Positions 18,239 to 28,250 of a stretch of 39,252 bases of DNA are shown in pieces. Origin of the DNA: an uncultured Acidimicrobiales bacterium. GTDB taxonomy: Bacteria; Actinomycetota; Acidimicrobiia; Acidimicrobiales; SHLQ01. The DNA lies in contig CALBVR010000185.1 in NCBI GenBank assembly GCA_937969565.1, positions 1-39,252 of the forward strand, read 5' to 3'. Within the stretch, counting starts at the first letter, position 1; each line of letters begins with the position of its first letter. The notes under the pieces were generated by a model that was not told where the DNA came from, made no database searches, and saw only the letters and a list, made by a program, of their open reading frames with translations. A program made the translations under genes and the position numbers.

Positions 18239-19635
18239 TGCCATCCCCCGACGCACTCATCGCCGGCGCACGACCCGCCGTCTTCTGGAGCGACCGTCCC
18301 GATGCACCGGTGGCCGCGGAGCCGCTCCAGGGTGCTGTCGATGCGGACCTCCTCATCATCGGCGCGGGCTTCACCGGATTGTGGGCGGCGCTGGAGGCCG
18401 CCGAGGCGGACCCGGGCCGCCGCATCGTCGTCCTCGAAGCCGAAGTCGCCGGGTTCGGCGCGTCCAGCCGCAACGGCGGCTTCTGTGAGGCGTCCCTGAC
18501 CCATGGACTGTGGAACGGGCTCAACCACTGGCCAGACGAGATCGACACGCTGCTCGAGATGGGTCGAACCAACCTCGCCGAGCTGGTCGACAGCCTGGAC
18601 CGACTCCGCATCGACGCCGAGGTGGAAGCGACCGGCCAGCTCCACCTGGCGGTCGCGCCATGGCAGGTTGACGACCTCCACGAGCTCCACGAGCTCAGCG
18701 CTCAGCACGGCGAGGCCGGACGGTTCCTCGACCAGGACGCCGTACGCCAGGAAATCCACTCGCCCACATACCTCGCCGGCCTCCATGAACCCGACGCTGC
18801 CGTGATGGTGCATCCCGCCCGACTCGCGTGGGGACTGCGCCGGGCGTGCCTCGACGCGGGCGTCACATTTCACGACCACAGCCGGGTGGAGGACATCAAC
18901 GAGTCCGCTCACCGACTGCAGGCAGACACCGCCGCCGGCCACGTCACCGCAGATCGGGTGCTCGTCGCAACGAACGCCTGGGCCGAACCGGTCCGATCGA
19001 TCCGCCGCCACGTCATTCCCATCTACGACCACGTGCTCATGACCGAGCCGCTGTCGGACGAGCAGATGGCGTCGATCGGGTGGGAGGGGCGGCAGGGGCT
19101 GGCCGACTCCGGCAACCAGTTCCACTACTACCGGCTCACCTCGGACAACCGGATCCTCTGGGGCGGCTGGGACGCGAACTACCACAAGAACAACGGCATG
19201 GGTCCCGCCGTGGAGCGACGCACCGAGTCGCACGTGCTTCTCGCCGGTCACTTCTTCGAGACCTTCCCACAACTCGACGGCCTCGGCTTCTCCCACCGGT
19301 GGGCCGGCCCGATCGGCACCACCTCCAAGTTCACGGCGGCCTTCGGTCAGCGACACGACGGGCGACTCGCCTGGGTTGCCGGCTACACGGGGCTCGGCGT
19401 CGGCGCCTCCCGATGGGGCGCCCGGGTCGGTCTCGACCTCGTCGACGGCCAGACCACAGAGCGCACCGAACTCGCCATGGTGCGCAAGAAACCACTCCCC
19501 TTCCCGCCCGAACCATTGCGGTACCCGATCGTGCAATTCACCCGCCGGCAAATCGCCAAGGCCGACCAGAACAACGGCGAGCCCGGGCCATGGCTGCGGC
19601 TGCTCGACCGCTTCGGGATCGGCTTCGATTCCTGA
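18238..19635 (+). CDS. FAD-dependent oxidoreductase (DadA/PuuB-like amine or amino-acid oxidase)
   Basis: IIGAGFTGLWAA, GASSRNGG, VHPARLAWGL, FHYYRLT, GYTGLGVG, PFPPEPLR. Confidence 0.88.
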   Translation: MPSPDALIAGARPAVFWSDRPDAPVAAEPLQGAVDADLLIIGAGFTGLWAALEAAEADPGRRIVVLEAEVAGFGASSRNGGFCEASLTHGLWNGLNHWPDEIDTLLEMGRTNLAELVDSLDRLRIDAEVEATGQLHLAVAPWQVDDLHELHELSAQHGEAGRFLDQDAVRQEIHSPTYLAGLHEPDAAVMVHPARLAWGLRRACLDAGVTFHDHSRVEDINESAHRLQADTAAGHVTADRVLVATNAWAEPVRSIRRHVIPIYDHVLMTEPLSDEQMASIGWEGRQGLADSGNQFHYYRLTSDNRILWGGWDANYHKNNGMGPAVERRTESHVLLAGHFFETFPQLDGLGFSHRWAGPIGTTSKFTAAFGQRHDGRLAWVAGYTGLGVGASRWGARVGLDLVDGQTTERTELAMVRKKPLPFPPEPLRYPIVQFTRRQIAKADQNNGEPGPWLRLLDRFGIGFDS

Positions 19636-19682
19636 CGCATTCGGACCGCCGTTTCCGCCCCGACCAGCCCACACTGGAAGGC

Positions 19683-21380
19683 ATGACCGACGTCGCGTCC
19701 ACCCCCCGGGACACCCCAGAATTCACCGGCGATCTCGCCCTCGCTGCCTTCAGCGACGCTGGGCCCTGGCAGGTCGTCCCCGAAGAACTCGAGTGGCGTC
19801 GACGGGTGGACACGATCCGCTCCGTCGTGCAACGTCAGGTGCCGTCGCTCATCCGCCCGACCCGCGTCCCGGGAGGGCGCCGCCTGTTCGAGGTGACCCG
19901 TGACCTCGGCGGAGCCATCGCCGTCTGGTCCGTCACCGGCAAACGCAAGGGCGGGACCGAGTCCAAGGCCGACCTGTCCCGGCGTCTCCGCCTCGCCGCC
20001 GAACGGCTTGGTCCCACGTACATCAAGCTCGGCCAGATCATCTCCAGCGGACAAGGCATCTTCCCGTCGGAGCTCGTCGAGGAGTTCATCCGGTGCCGGG
20101 ATCAGGTCCCGGCCGAACCATTCGATGTGGTCCGCAGCGTCGTCGAGGCCGATCTCGGCGCCACCCTCGAATCCATGTTCGCCGAGTTCGATCGCGAACC
20201 CCTCGCAGCCGCCTCGATCGCACAGGTGCATCGTGCAGTACTCGCCGACCACATCACCCCGGGCGGCGGCCGAGAGGTCGTGGTCAAGGTGCAGCGACCC
20301 AGCGTGTCCGAGTTCGTGCACAAGGACCTGCGAGTCATGGCCTGGCTTGCCCCGTTCCTCATCGGGCGCATCCCAGTTGCGGCGCTCGCCAACCCGCCGG
20401 CACTCGTCGAGGTGTTCGCGGAAACGATCACCGAAGAGCTCGACTTCCGGCTCGAAGCAGACAACATGCTCGATGTGGCCATGTCGCTGCGTCAGCTCGG
20501 CCAGACCGCCTATGTGATCCCCCGCCCCCACCCGACGCTCGTCACCCGGCGGGTGCTCGTCATGGAACGACTCTCGGGCTTCTCCTTCGACGACGTCGCC
20601 GGAATCAAAGGCGCCGGCGTCAACACCCACGAGATCGTGCGCACCAGCATGATCGGCTTCCTCGAAGGCGCCATGATCCACGGTGTCTTCCATGGCGACC
20701 TCCACGGCGGAAACCTCTTCGTGCAACCCGACGGCCGCACGGCCCTGTTCGACTTCGGCATCACCGGCCGCCTCGACGAGGCCAAGCGACAGGCCTTCCT
20801 CCGTCTACTGATGACCGGGATGATGAGCGACGTGAAAGGCCAGCTCGCCGCCATCCGCGATCTCGGCGCGCTCCCCGCCGACACCGACCTCGACCAGGTC
20901 TTCTCCGACCTCGGCCTCGACCAGGCTCCGCTCGACCCGACCCAGCTCACCCCGGAAGAACTCATCGAAGAGCTGCAGAAGTTCGTCAAGCAGCTGCTCG
21001 GATACGGCGCCCGCCTTCCGAAAGAGCTCATGCTCTTCGTCAAGAACATGGTCTTCGTCGACGCCGCAATCGGCGCCCTCGCCCCCGACCTCGACCTCTT
21101 CGGAGAGGTGGCCCACATCGCCACGTACTTCGCCACGAATCACGGACATCGCCTCGCGAGCGAGATGGGCGTTCAGCAGTCAGAGATCCAGGTCGACCTC
21201 ACCACGTTCAAGGACAGCCTCGGCGTCGATCGGTCGCTCGAGTCGGTCACATACGAAGATCTGCAGGCTCGCCGCGAGCTCATTCAACGGCGGATGTCCG
21301 ACCGCGATCGACCAAATGGCGGAGCGAATTCGGTGCGCCGATTGGGTGCAGCGATCCGCCGTTTCGCCGATCGGACATAA
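19683..21380 (+). CDS. AarF/UbiB/ABC1 family atypical kinase
   Basis: IKLGQ (KxGQ), AAASIAQVH, VVVKVQRP, EELDFRLE, HGDLHGGN, FDFG. Confidence 0.92.
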   Translation: MTDVASTPRDTPEFTGDLALAAFSDAGPWQVVPEELEWRRRVDTIRSVVQRQVPSLIRPTRVPGGRRLFEVTRDLGGAIAVWSVTGKRKGGTESKADLSRRLRLAAERLGPTYIKLGQIISSGQGIFPSELVEEFIRCRDQVPAEPFDVVRSVVEADLGATLESMFAEFDREPLAAASIAQVHRAVLADHITPGGGREVVVKVQRPSVSEFVHKDLRVMAWLAPFLIGRIPVAALANPPALVEVFAETITEELDFRLEADNMLDVAMSLRQLGQTAYVIPRPHPTLVTRRVLVMERLSGFSFDDVAGIKGAGVNTHEIVRTSMIGFLEGAMIHGVFHGDLHGGNLFVQPDGRTALFDFGITGRLDEAKRQAFLRLLMTGMMSDVKGQLAAIRDLGALPADTDLDQVFSDLGLDQAPLDPTQLTPEELIEELQKFVKQLLGYGARLPKELMLFVKNMVFVDAAIGALAPDLDLFGEVAHIATYFATNHGHRLASEMGVQQSEIQVDLTTFKDSLGVDRSLESVTYEDLQARRELIQRRMSDRDRPNGGANSVRRLGAAIRRFADRT

Positions 21381-21407
21381 CGGGGGCAAGACCGTACACT
21401 CGCTTCG

Positions 21408-22067
21408 GTGCGTCTCGTTGTTGCCCGTTGCACCGTCGATTACGACGGCCGTTTGACCGCCCACCTTCCCGAAGCCGTCCGGCTCATCATGGTGAAGGCC
21501 GATGGCTGCGTCGCCGTCCACGCGGACGGAGGCGCCTACAAGCCGCTGAACTGGATGAACGCACCGAACCGCCTCGTGGAAGAAGGCTCGGAGTGGCGGG
21601 TGACCAGCCCGAAGGGCGAGACGCTCATCATCACCCTCCACGAGGTGCTCTCCGACTCCGCCTGGGAGTTCGGGGTGGACCCCGGGCTCACGAAGGACGG
21701 CGTCGAAGCGCACCTGCAAGAACTGCTCGCCGCCGACCCCACGTCCATCGAGGACGGGTTCCGGCTCGTCCGACGCGAATACCCGACCCAGATCGGACCC
21801 GTCGATCTGCTCTGCCGGGACGAGGACGACGGTGTCATCGCAATCGAGGTCAAGCGTCGGGGTGAGATCGACGGCGTCGAGCAGCTGAGCCGCTATCTCG
21901 AGTTCCTGAATCAGGACCCGGTGCTGTCCCCCGTTCGAGGCGTCTTTGTCGCCCAGGAAATCAAGCCCCAGGCGAAGGTCCTTGCCTCCGAACGAGCGAT
22001 CACCTGTGTCGAGGTGGACTACGACGAACTCCGCGGCATCGAATCGCCGCAGCTGAGGTTGTTGTGA
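21408..22067 (+). CDS. nucS: Mismatch-specific endonuclease NucS (EndoMS)
   Basis: [59 protein letters not shown]. Confidence 0.96.
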   Translation: MRLVVARCTVDYDGRLTAHLPEAVRLIMVKADGCVAVHADGGAYKPLNWMNAPNRLVEEGSEWRVTSPKGETLIITLHEVLSDSAWEFGVDPGLTKDGVEAHLQELLAADPTSIEDGFRLVRREYPTQIGPVDLLCRDEDDGVIAIEVKRRGEIDGVEQLSRYLEFLNQDPVLSPVRGVFVAQEIKPQAKVLASERAITCVEVDYDELRGIESPQLRLL

Positions 22068-23860
22068 CGCGTCGGTTTCGCCTGCCGCTCGTCCTCCTGC
22101 TCTTCTCCATCCTTCTCGCGAGCTGTGGCCTGTCCGGCGACGGCGATGAGGACGCTTCACCCGACGGCGAGGACACCTCGGTCGATGCCGACCCGATGGA
22201 CCGCACCGTTCGGATCACGTTCGGCGAGAAGTGGGTCGAGGCTTCGCGCTCCGAACTCGGTCTCGACACCGCAGCGCTCAGTCGCCTGTCGACCGATGCG
22301 CTGATCGACCGGTTGGATGACCTCACCGTCGAAGGCTCCGAACCGATCGATGCCACAGTCGAATTCGACGGCAGCCAGTTCGTGGCGGCCGGCGGCGTCG
22401 GCGGACAGGAAGCCGACCTGGGCGCTCTGGCCACCGCGATCGTGTCCGCCTCCGAAACCGGTTCGAACGTGGAGGTTCCCTTTTCACCGGTCGCCCCGGA
22501 GATCCCGCTTGCTCGTGCGCAGGAGATCGCCGACGAGCTGAACGAGCGGGCCGGGGACGGCATCACCGTGTCGGTCGACTCGGAGCTCGGCGTGCTACCG
22601 ATGTCCCTGATCGGTCCGGCGACGTTCGTGACCGTCGGGCTGGACGATTGGAGCCTCGAGGTCCGCTGGGACGACATCGCCGAAGGCGTCGCCGAACGCT
22701 TCCCCGATGTCGGCCAACCCGGCGGCGAAGCCACCTTCACGGTCGAATACGACGACGAGGATGACGACGACGAGGGGACGGTCGTCATCGTCCCCGGAGC
22801 TCCTGCAACCGTGTGCTGCGACCCTGTGTCCGTGAATCGCATCGAGCAGGCGCTCGAGATCGATCTCGAGGTCGCCCGACTGGGACTCGCCCGAGTCGAC
22901 GGCGAACGTGGGGTCTCCTGGGCGGAGGAGCAGGGCGTCATCGAGCGGGTCGGCTCCTTCACCACGAGCTACACCCCCGGGCAGAACCGGGTGATCAACA
23001 TCCGTCGGATCGCCGAGCTGACCCAGGGCGTCCTCCTGGAGCCGGGCGAAACGTTCTCCCTCAACGACTTCGTGGGTCGACGCACGACGGAGAACGGTTT
23101 CGTTCCCGCCGGAACGATCGTGAACGGACACCTGGTCGACAGCGTCGGCGGTGGCATCAGCCAATTCGCGACGACGATCTTCAACGCCTCCTTCTTCGCC
23201 GGCCTCGAGTTCGAGTCCTATCAGAGCCACTCGATCTACTTCAGTCGTTACCCGTATGGCCGGGAGGCGACGATCTCGTGGCCGGCCCCGCACCTCAAGA
23301 TCCACAATCCGACGCCGCACGCAGTACTGATCTGGCCGACGAGCACCACCAACTCGGTGACCGTCGATCTGTACTCCACGAAGTGGGCCGACGTGGAGCA
23401 GACCGGCCAGTGGGAGTCGACGATCCAGGTGGCGTGCACGCGGGTGACGACGGAGCGCACGCGGACGATGATCGAGGACGGGACGGAGGTCGTCGACACG
23501 GTCTTCGCCACGTACCGGCCGGAAGGCATCGCCTGCGACGGCACCGAGACCGAGAACCCGGACGAGGAGCAGATCGAGAAGCTCGAAGACGGTGAAGATC
23601 CCGGCTTCGACGACAACCCGGGTGATGCCGGAGACGACCCGGTGGACGAAGAAGGCGGCGGCGACGGCGAAGATCCGCCGGCCGAAGACCCACCCGCAGA
23701 GGACCCACCAGCCGAAGACCCGCCAGCAGAAGACCCACCAGCCGAAGACCCACCCGCAGAGGACCCGCCAGCAGAAGATCCCCCGGCCGAAGACCCACCA
23801 GCGGAAGACCCACCGGCAGAAGACCCACCAGCGGAAGATCCGCCAGCAGACGGCGGCTGA
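22064..23860 (+). CDS. VanW-family lipoprotein with acidic Pro-rich repeat tail
   Basis: Lipobox LLASC; VanW motifs [43 protein letters not shown]; overlaps the nucS stop (GTGA). Confidence 0.88.
   Translation: MTRRFRLPLVLLLFSILLASCGLSGDGDEDASPDGEDTSVDADPMDRTVRITFGEKWVEASRSELGLDTAALSRLSTDALIDRLDDLTVEGSEPIDATVEFDGSQFVAAGGVGGQEADLGALATAIVSASETGSNVEVPFSPVAPEIPLARAQEIADELNERAGDGITVSVDSELGVLPMSLIGPATFVTVGLDDWSLEVRWDDIAEGVAERFPDVGQPGGEATFTVEYDDEDDDDEGTVVIVPGAPATVCCDPVSVNRIEQALEIDLEVARLGLARVDGERGVSWAEEQGVIERVGSFTTSYTPGQNRVINIRRIAELTQGVLLEPGETFSLNDFVGRRTTENGFVPAGTIVNGHLVDSVGGGISQFATTIFNASFFAGLEFESYQSHSIYFSRYPYGREATISWPAPHLKIHNPTPHAVLIWPTSTTNSVTVDLYSTKWADVEQTGQWESTIQVACTRVTTERTRTMIEDGTEVVDTVFATYRPEGIACDGTETENPDEEQIEKLEDGEDPGFDDNPGDAGDDPVDEEGGGDGEDPPAEDPPAEDPPAEDPPAEDPPAEDPPAEDPPAEDPPAEDPPAEDPPAEDPPAEDPPADGG
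23669..23848 (+). repeat. 12 x 15-bp coding tandem repeat (EDPPA)12
   Basis: Unit GAR GAY CCN CCN GCN repeated 12 times in frame; only third codon positions vary. Confidence 0.97.
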
Positions 23861-23910
23861 TCCGCCACACAGGCAGGGTCCCGAACGGCACCATCGGTAC
23901 GCTGGCGGCA

Positions 23911-25131
23911 ATGCGCAGTACAGACATCGCCGTCGTCGGCGCCGGGCCCGCAGGCAGCGCCGCAGCCGAGCGGCTCGCCCGCTCCGGTCGCAACGTTCTC
24001 CTCATCGACAAGTCCACGTTTCCGCGCGACAAGTTCTGTGGGGACGGCCTCACCACGCTGGCCCTCCGCCAACTGGACGAGATGGGATTCGACCCATCGA
24101 CGGTGCCTTCGTGGACCCCGGTCGACAACGCGTGGATCCGTTCGCCGAAGGGACGGGACCATCTGATCCCCCTGCCCGACGGCCCCGGCCTGCACGCCGC
24201 CATCGCCCGTCGCAGCGAACTCGATGCGGCGCTCGTCGACTTCGCCGTCGCCGCCGGGGCCGAGACGCATTTCGGGTCGGCGGTCACAGCGATCGCCCCC
24301 GACGCCGACGGCATCACCCTGACGCTCGGTGACGAAACGGTCCGGGCCGACGCGCTCATCGCCGCCGACGGCATGTGGTCGCCAATCCGGAAGATGCACG
24401 GGCTCGATGACGGCCCCATGGACGGCTATCGCGGGGAATGGCATGCGTTCCGCCAGTACTTCACCAACGTCGGCCCCCGTGCCGCCACCGAACTCTGGGT
24501 GTGGTTCGAGGACGACATCCTTCCCGGCTACGCCTGGTCATTCCCGATCGGCGACGGTCGAGCAAACGTCGGGTTCGGCATCCTGCGCGACGGCAGCATC
24601 CCCACCGGTGAGATGAAGCGAATTTGGCCCGACCTGCTCGCGCGCCCACACATTCGCGAGATCCTCGGACCGGACGCCGAACCCGAGTCGCGGCACCGGG
24701 CATGGCCGATTCCGGCCCGCGTCGACCAGGCTCCACTCACGGCACCGCGCACCCTCTTCGTCGGCGATGCCGCCGCGGCGTGCGATGCCCTCACCGGAGA
24801 AGGGATCGGCCAGGCGCTCCTGACCGGCCGCCAGGCCGCCGCAGCGTTCCTCACCCACCCCACATCCTTCGATGCCGCCGCAGCGGACTACGAGCACGAG
24901 GTGCGGGCAGAGCTGGTCGCCGACCACAAGATGGCCTCGGCGCTGGGAAAGCTCATGGCAAACGAACGGGTCGCCGAGTTCGCCCTGTCCGCCGTCGGAA
25001 CCAGCGGCTGGACCCGACGGAACTTCGGCCGGTGGCTGTTCGAGGACTACCCGCGGGCGCTCATCGCCACGCCACGACGCTGGCACCGGGGAATGTTCAC
25101 CGGCCCCGGCGCCTACGCCGACGCCAGCTGA
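23911..25131 (+). CDS. Geranylgeranyl reductase family FAD oxidoreductase (MenJ-like)
   Basis: VGAGPAGS, FPRDKFCGDGLT, IAADG, GYAWSFP, ANVG, VGDAA, TGEGI. Confidence 0.88.
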   Translation: MRSTDIAVVGAGPAGSAAAERLARSGRNVLLIDKSTFPRDKFCGDGLTTLALRQLDEMGFDPSTVPSWTPVDNAWIRSPKGRDHLIPLPDGPGLHAAIARRSELDAALVDFAVAAGAETHFGSAVTAIAPDADGITLTLGDETVRADALIAADGMWSPIRKMHGLDDGPMDGYRGEWHAFRQYFTNVGPRAATELWVWFEDDILPGYAWSFPIGDGRANVGFGILRDGSIPTGEMKRIWPDLLARPHIREILGPDAEPESRHRAWPIPARVDQAPLTAPRTLFVGDAAAACDALTGEGIGQALLTGRQAAAAFLTHPTSFDAAAADYEHEVRAELVADHKMASALGKLMANERVAEFALSAVGTSGWTRRNFGRWLFEDYPRALIATPRRWHRGMFTGPGAYADAS

Positions 25132-26982
25132 CTACGCGTTCGCCTCGGCTTCGCGTGCGTGCTTGAGGCGCTTGGTTTCACGCGCCCGGGTGGTTCCATC
25201 GAGGTTCACCTTGCGAAGGCGAACGTTTGCCGGCGTGACCTCGACGCACTCGTCGTCGGCGATCGTCTCGAGGGCACCTTCGAGTGACAGCACCTTTGGC
25301 GGAGTGATGCGCACCGTGTCGTCGGACGACTGGGTGCGGATGTTGTCGAGCTTCTTCTCTTTGCAGATGTTGACGTCCATGTCCTCGTTGCGAGGGTTCT
25401 GGCCGATGATCATGCCTTCGTAGACCTCGACGCCCGGCGGGATGTAGAACGTGCAACGCTCCTGCAGGTTCTGGATGGCGTTGATCGTGCTGCTGCCGGT
25501 GCGATCGGCGACGATCGACCCGTTGTTGCGCATGCGAATCTCGCCCTGCCAGGGGATCCAACCCTCGAACACGTGGTTGGCCAGGCCGGTTCCACGGGTC
25601 TCGGTGAGGAAGCCGGTACGGAAACCGATGAGCGCACGGGCGGGAACGATGTACTCGAGCCGAACCCAGCCGTCGCCGTGGTTCGCCATGTTCTCCATCT
25701 TCGCCTTGCGCTCGCCCAGCATCTGCGTGATGCCGCCGACGTGCTCCTCGGGGATGTCGATGGTGAGCCGTTCGGTCGGCTCGTGCAACGTGCCGTCGAT
25801 GTCCTTGGTGAGGACGGCCGGCTTGCCGACGGTGAGTTCGAAGCCTTCGCGGCGCATCGTCTCGACCAGCACGGCGAGCTGGAGCTCACCACGGCCCTGG
25901 ACCTCGAAGTTGTCGGGCCGGTCGGTGGGCTGCACGCGGATCGAGACGTTGCCGACGAGTTCCTTGTCGAGCCGGTCCTTGATCTGGCGGGCGGTGAGCT
26001 TGTCGCCGTCCTTGCCGGCGAGCGGCGAGGTGTTCGTGCCGATGGTCATCGACAGCGTCGGCTCGTCGACGGTGATGAGCGGCAGGGCCTGCGGATCGGC
26101 CGGATCGCCGAGCGTGTCGCCGATCATCACGTTCTCGATGCCGGAGATCTGGACGAGTTCACCGGGGCCGGCCTGGTCGATGTCGACGTTGTCGATGCCT
26201 TCGGTGGCGGTGAGCGTGACGACCTTCTGGTTGGTGACGCTGCCGTCCTCGCGCATCCACGCGACCTGCTGGCCCTTCTTGATGTTGCCCTGCATGACGC
26301 GGCAGATGGCGAGGCGACCGACGTACGGCGAAGCATCGAGGTTGGTGACCCAGACCTGCGTGGGCTTTGCATCGTCGTACGTGTAGGGCGGGATGGTCTC
26401 GATGAGGGTCTCGAACAGCGGGGACATGTCGGTGCCCTGCTCGCCGTCGGGATCCATCTGGGCGTAGCCCTCGCGGGCGCACGTGTAGACGATCGGGAAG
26501 TCGATCTGTTCGTCGTCGGCGCCGATCTCCATGAACAGCTCGTAGACCTCGTCGACGACCTCGGCGACGCGGGCGTCAGGACGATCGATCTTGTTGATCA
26601 CGAGCACGACCGGCAGACCGAGCGCCATGGCCTTGCCCAGCACGAACCGGGTCTGAGGCAGCGGGCCTTCGCTCGAGTCCACGAGCAGCACGACGCCGTC
26701 GATCATCGTCAGCGCACGCTCCACCTCGCCGCCGAAGTCGGCGTGGCCGGGTGTGTCGACGATGTTGATCTTCGTGTCGCCCCACTGCACGGCAGCGTTG
26801 TTGGCGAGGATCGTGATCCCCTTTTCCTTCTCCAGGTCGGTGTTGTCCATCACCCGTTCCACGACCTCGCCGTGGTCGGAGAACACGCCGCCCTGGCGCA
26901 GCATGGCGTCGACCAGGGTGGTTTTGCCATGATCGACGTGCGCGATCATGGCGATGTTGCGAAGATCGTCTCGAGTGGTCAC
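25132..26982 (-). CDS. typA: Translational GTPase TypA/BipA
   Basis: LRNIAMIAHVDHGKTT, DTPGHADFGGEVER, NKID, GRGELQL, EVTP..VRLRK; GTG start at 26982. Confidence 0.96.
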   Translation of the reverse strand: MTTRDDLRNIAMIAHVDHGKTTLVDAMLRQGGVFSDHGEVVERVMDNTDLEKEKGITILANNAAVQWGDTKINIVDTPGHADFGGEVERALTMIDGVVLLVDSSEGPLPQTRFVLGKAMALGLPVVLVINKIDRPDARVAEVVDEVYELFMEIGADDEQIDFPIVYTCAREGYAQMDPDGEQGTDMSPLFETLIETIPPYTYDDAKPTQVWVTNLDASPYVGRLAICRVMQGNIKKGQQVAWMREDGSVTNQKVVTLTATEGIDNVDIDQAGPGELVQISGIENVMIGDTLGDPADPQALPLITVDEPTLSMTIGTNTSPLAGKDGDKLTARQIKDRLDKELVGNVSIRVQPTDRPDNFEVQGRGELQLAVLVETMRREGFELTVGKPAVLTKDIDGTLHEPTERLTIDIPEEHVGGITQMLGERKAKMENMANHGDGWVRLEYIVPARALIGFRTGFLTETRGTGLANHVFEGWIPWQGEIRMRNNGSIVADRTGSSTINAIQNLQERCTFYIPPGVEVYEGMIIGQNPRNEDMDVNICKEKKLDNIRTQSSDDTVRITPPKVLSLEGALETIADDECVEVTPANVRLRKVNLDGTTRARETKRLKHAREAEANA

Positions 26983-27085
26983 CCGGGGAACGGTACCGGT
27001 CCACCACCGTGCCCCCGCCCCGCCCGGACGGGTTTCACACCATCGTTGCATCGGTAGGGTGAGGCCGATTCGAGCGAGGTGGACG

Positions 27086-28150
27086 ATGACGACCATGACC
27101 GCAGCGGTGACCCTCGGGAACGGTGGGTTCGAGATGATCGAGATCCAACAGGTCCCGATGCCCATCGCCGGGGCGGGCGAGGTTCGCATCAGGGTGCTCG
27201 CCGCGGGCATGAACAACACGGAGATCAACACGCGACTCGGGTGGTATTCGTCATCGGTCAGCGACTCGACCGACGCCACCGCCGACGAGGCGGCCAACGC
27301 CGACGAGGCAGTGGAGCTGGAGGACGGCGGCTGGAACGCAGCCACGCCGTGGCCGCTGATTCAGGGCACCGACTGCTGCGGGATCGTCGATGCGCTCGGC
27401 GACGGCGCCGATCCTGCGCTTCTGGGTCGTCGGGTCATCGTTCGGGCCTGCATGCGCGCCGACGGTTGGGACTCGCTCGAGAACGTGTGGATGGCGTCAG
27501 ACTTCGACGGTGCGTTCGCCGAGTACGTGAAGGTGCCTGCCACCGAGGTCTTCCCCGTCGACTGCGACTGGACCGATGCCGAGCTCGGGGCGATCCCCTG
27601 CGCCTACGCCACGGCCGAGAACATGATCCATCGTGCCGGCGTCGGACCGGGCGATCGAGTGCTCGTGACCGGCGCATCCGGGGGAACCGGTTCCGCCTCG
27701 GTGCAGTTGGCGGCCCGACGTGGCGCCCACGTGGTCGGCATGGCTTCACCGGCGAAGTTCGACGACGTGATCGCACTCGGAGCACACGAGGTGATCGGCC
27801 GCGGCGAACCGGTGGAACCCCAGTCGTTCGACGTCGTTGTCGACAACGTGGCCGGACCCGGCTTTCCGGCAGCGCTGGACGCTGTCCGCCGTGGCGGTCG
27901 CCTGGTCACGTCCGGGGCCATCGCCGGCCCGATCGTCGACCTCGACTTCCGCACGATGTATCTGCGAGACATCCAGCTCATCGGCTGCACAGCGTGGGAT
28001 GAACCCGTCTTCCCCAACCTGATCGGCTACATCGAACGGGGTGAGATCCGGCCACGGGTCGCGAAGACGTTCCCGCTCACCGACATCGTCGCCGCGCAGC
28101 GGGAATTCCTGGAGAAGACCCACGTGGGCAAGTTCGTCCTCATTCCCTGA
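27086..28150 (+). CDS. Medium-chain dehydrogenase/reductase, quinone oxidoreductase-like
   Basis: GEVRIRVLAAGMNNTEI, DGAFAEY, VLVTGASGGTG, HVGKFVL; no canonical Cys/GHE catalytic Zn ligands; RBS GAGGTGG. Confidence 0.88.
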   Translation: MTTMTAAVTLGNGGFEMIEIQQVPMPIAGAGEVRIRVLAAGMNNTEINTRLGWYSSSVSDSTDATADEAANADEAVELEDGGWNAATPWPLIQGTDCCGIVDALGDGADPALLGRRVIVRACMRADGWDSLENVWMASDFDGAFAEYVKVPATEVFPVDCDWTDAELGAIPCAYATAENMIHRAGVGPGDRVLVTGASGGTGSASVQLAARRGAHVVGMASPAKFDDVIALGAHEVIGRGEPVEPQSFDVVVDNVAGPGFPAALDAVRRGGRLVTSGAIAGPIVDLDFRTMYLRDIQLIGCTAWDEPVFPNLIGYIERGEIRPRVAKTFPLTDIVAAQREFLEKTHVGKFVLIP

Positions 28151-28158
28151 GATTTCCG

Positions 28159-28186
28159 GGAACCAGCCGGGCCGGCGGCACGTCAA
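28159..28186 (+). promoter_or_regulatory. Putative ECF sigma promoter GGAAC-N17-CGTCAA
   Basis: GGAAC at 28159-28163 and CGTC at 28181-28184, 17-nt spacer, in the intergenic region upstream of the DUF4349 lipoprotein gene. Confidence 0.55.
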
Positions 28187-28250
28187 ACCCTTGAACGGCG
28201 AACCAAGGGGGACCCCCGTGACCACACGGACGAAACGATCGAACCATCGG

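Noticed and set aside
23669-23848. Short tandem repeat as a possible CRISPR array
   Set aside because: No spacers, 15-bp in-frame unit varying only at codon third positions, and no cas genes.
23248-24444. Minus-strand ORFs with (SAGGS)n or Trp-rich repeats
   Set aside because: Reverse-frame readings of the EDPPA repeat.
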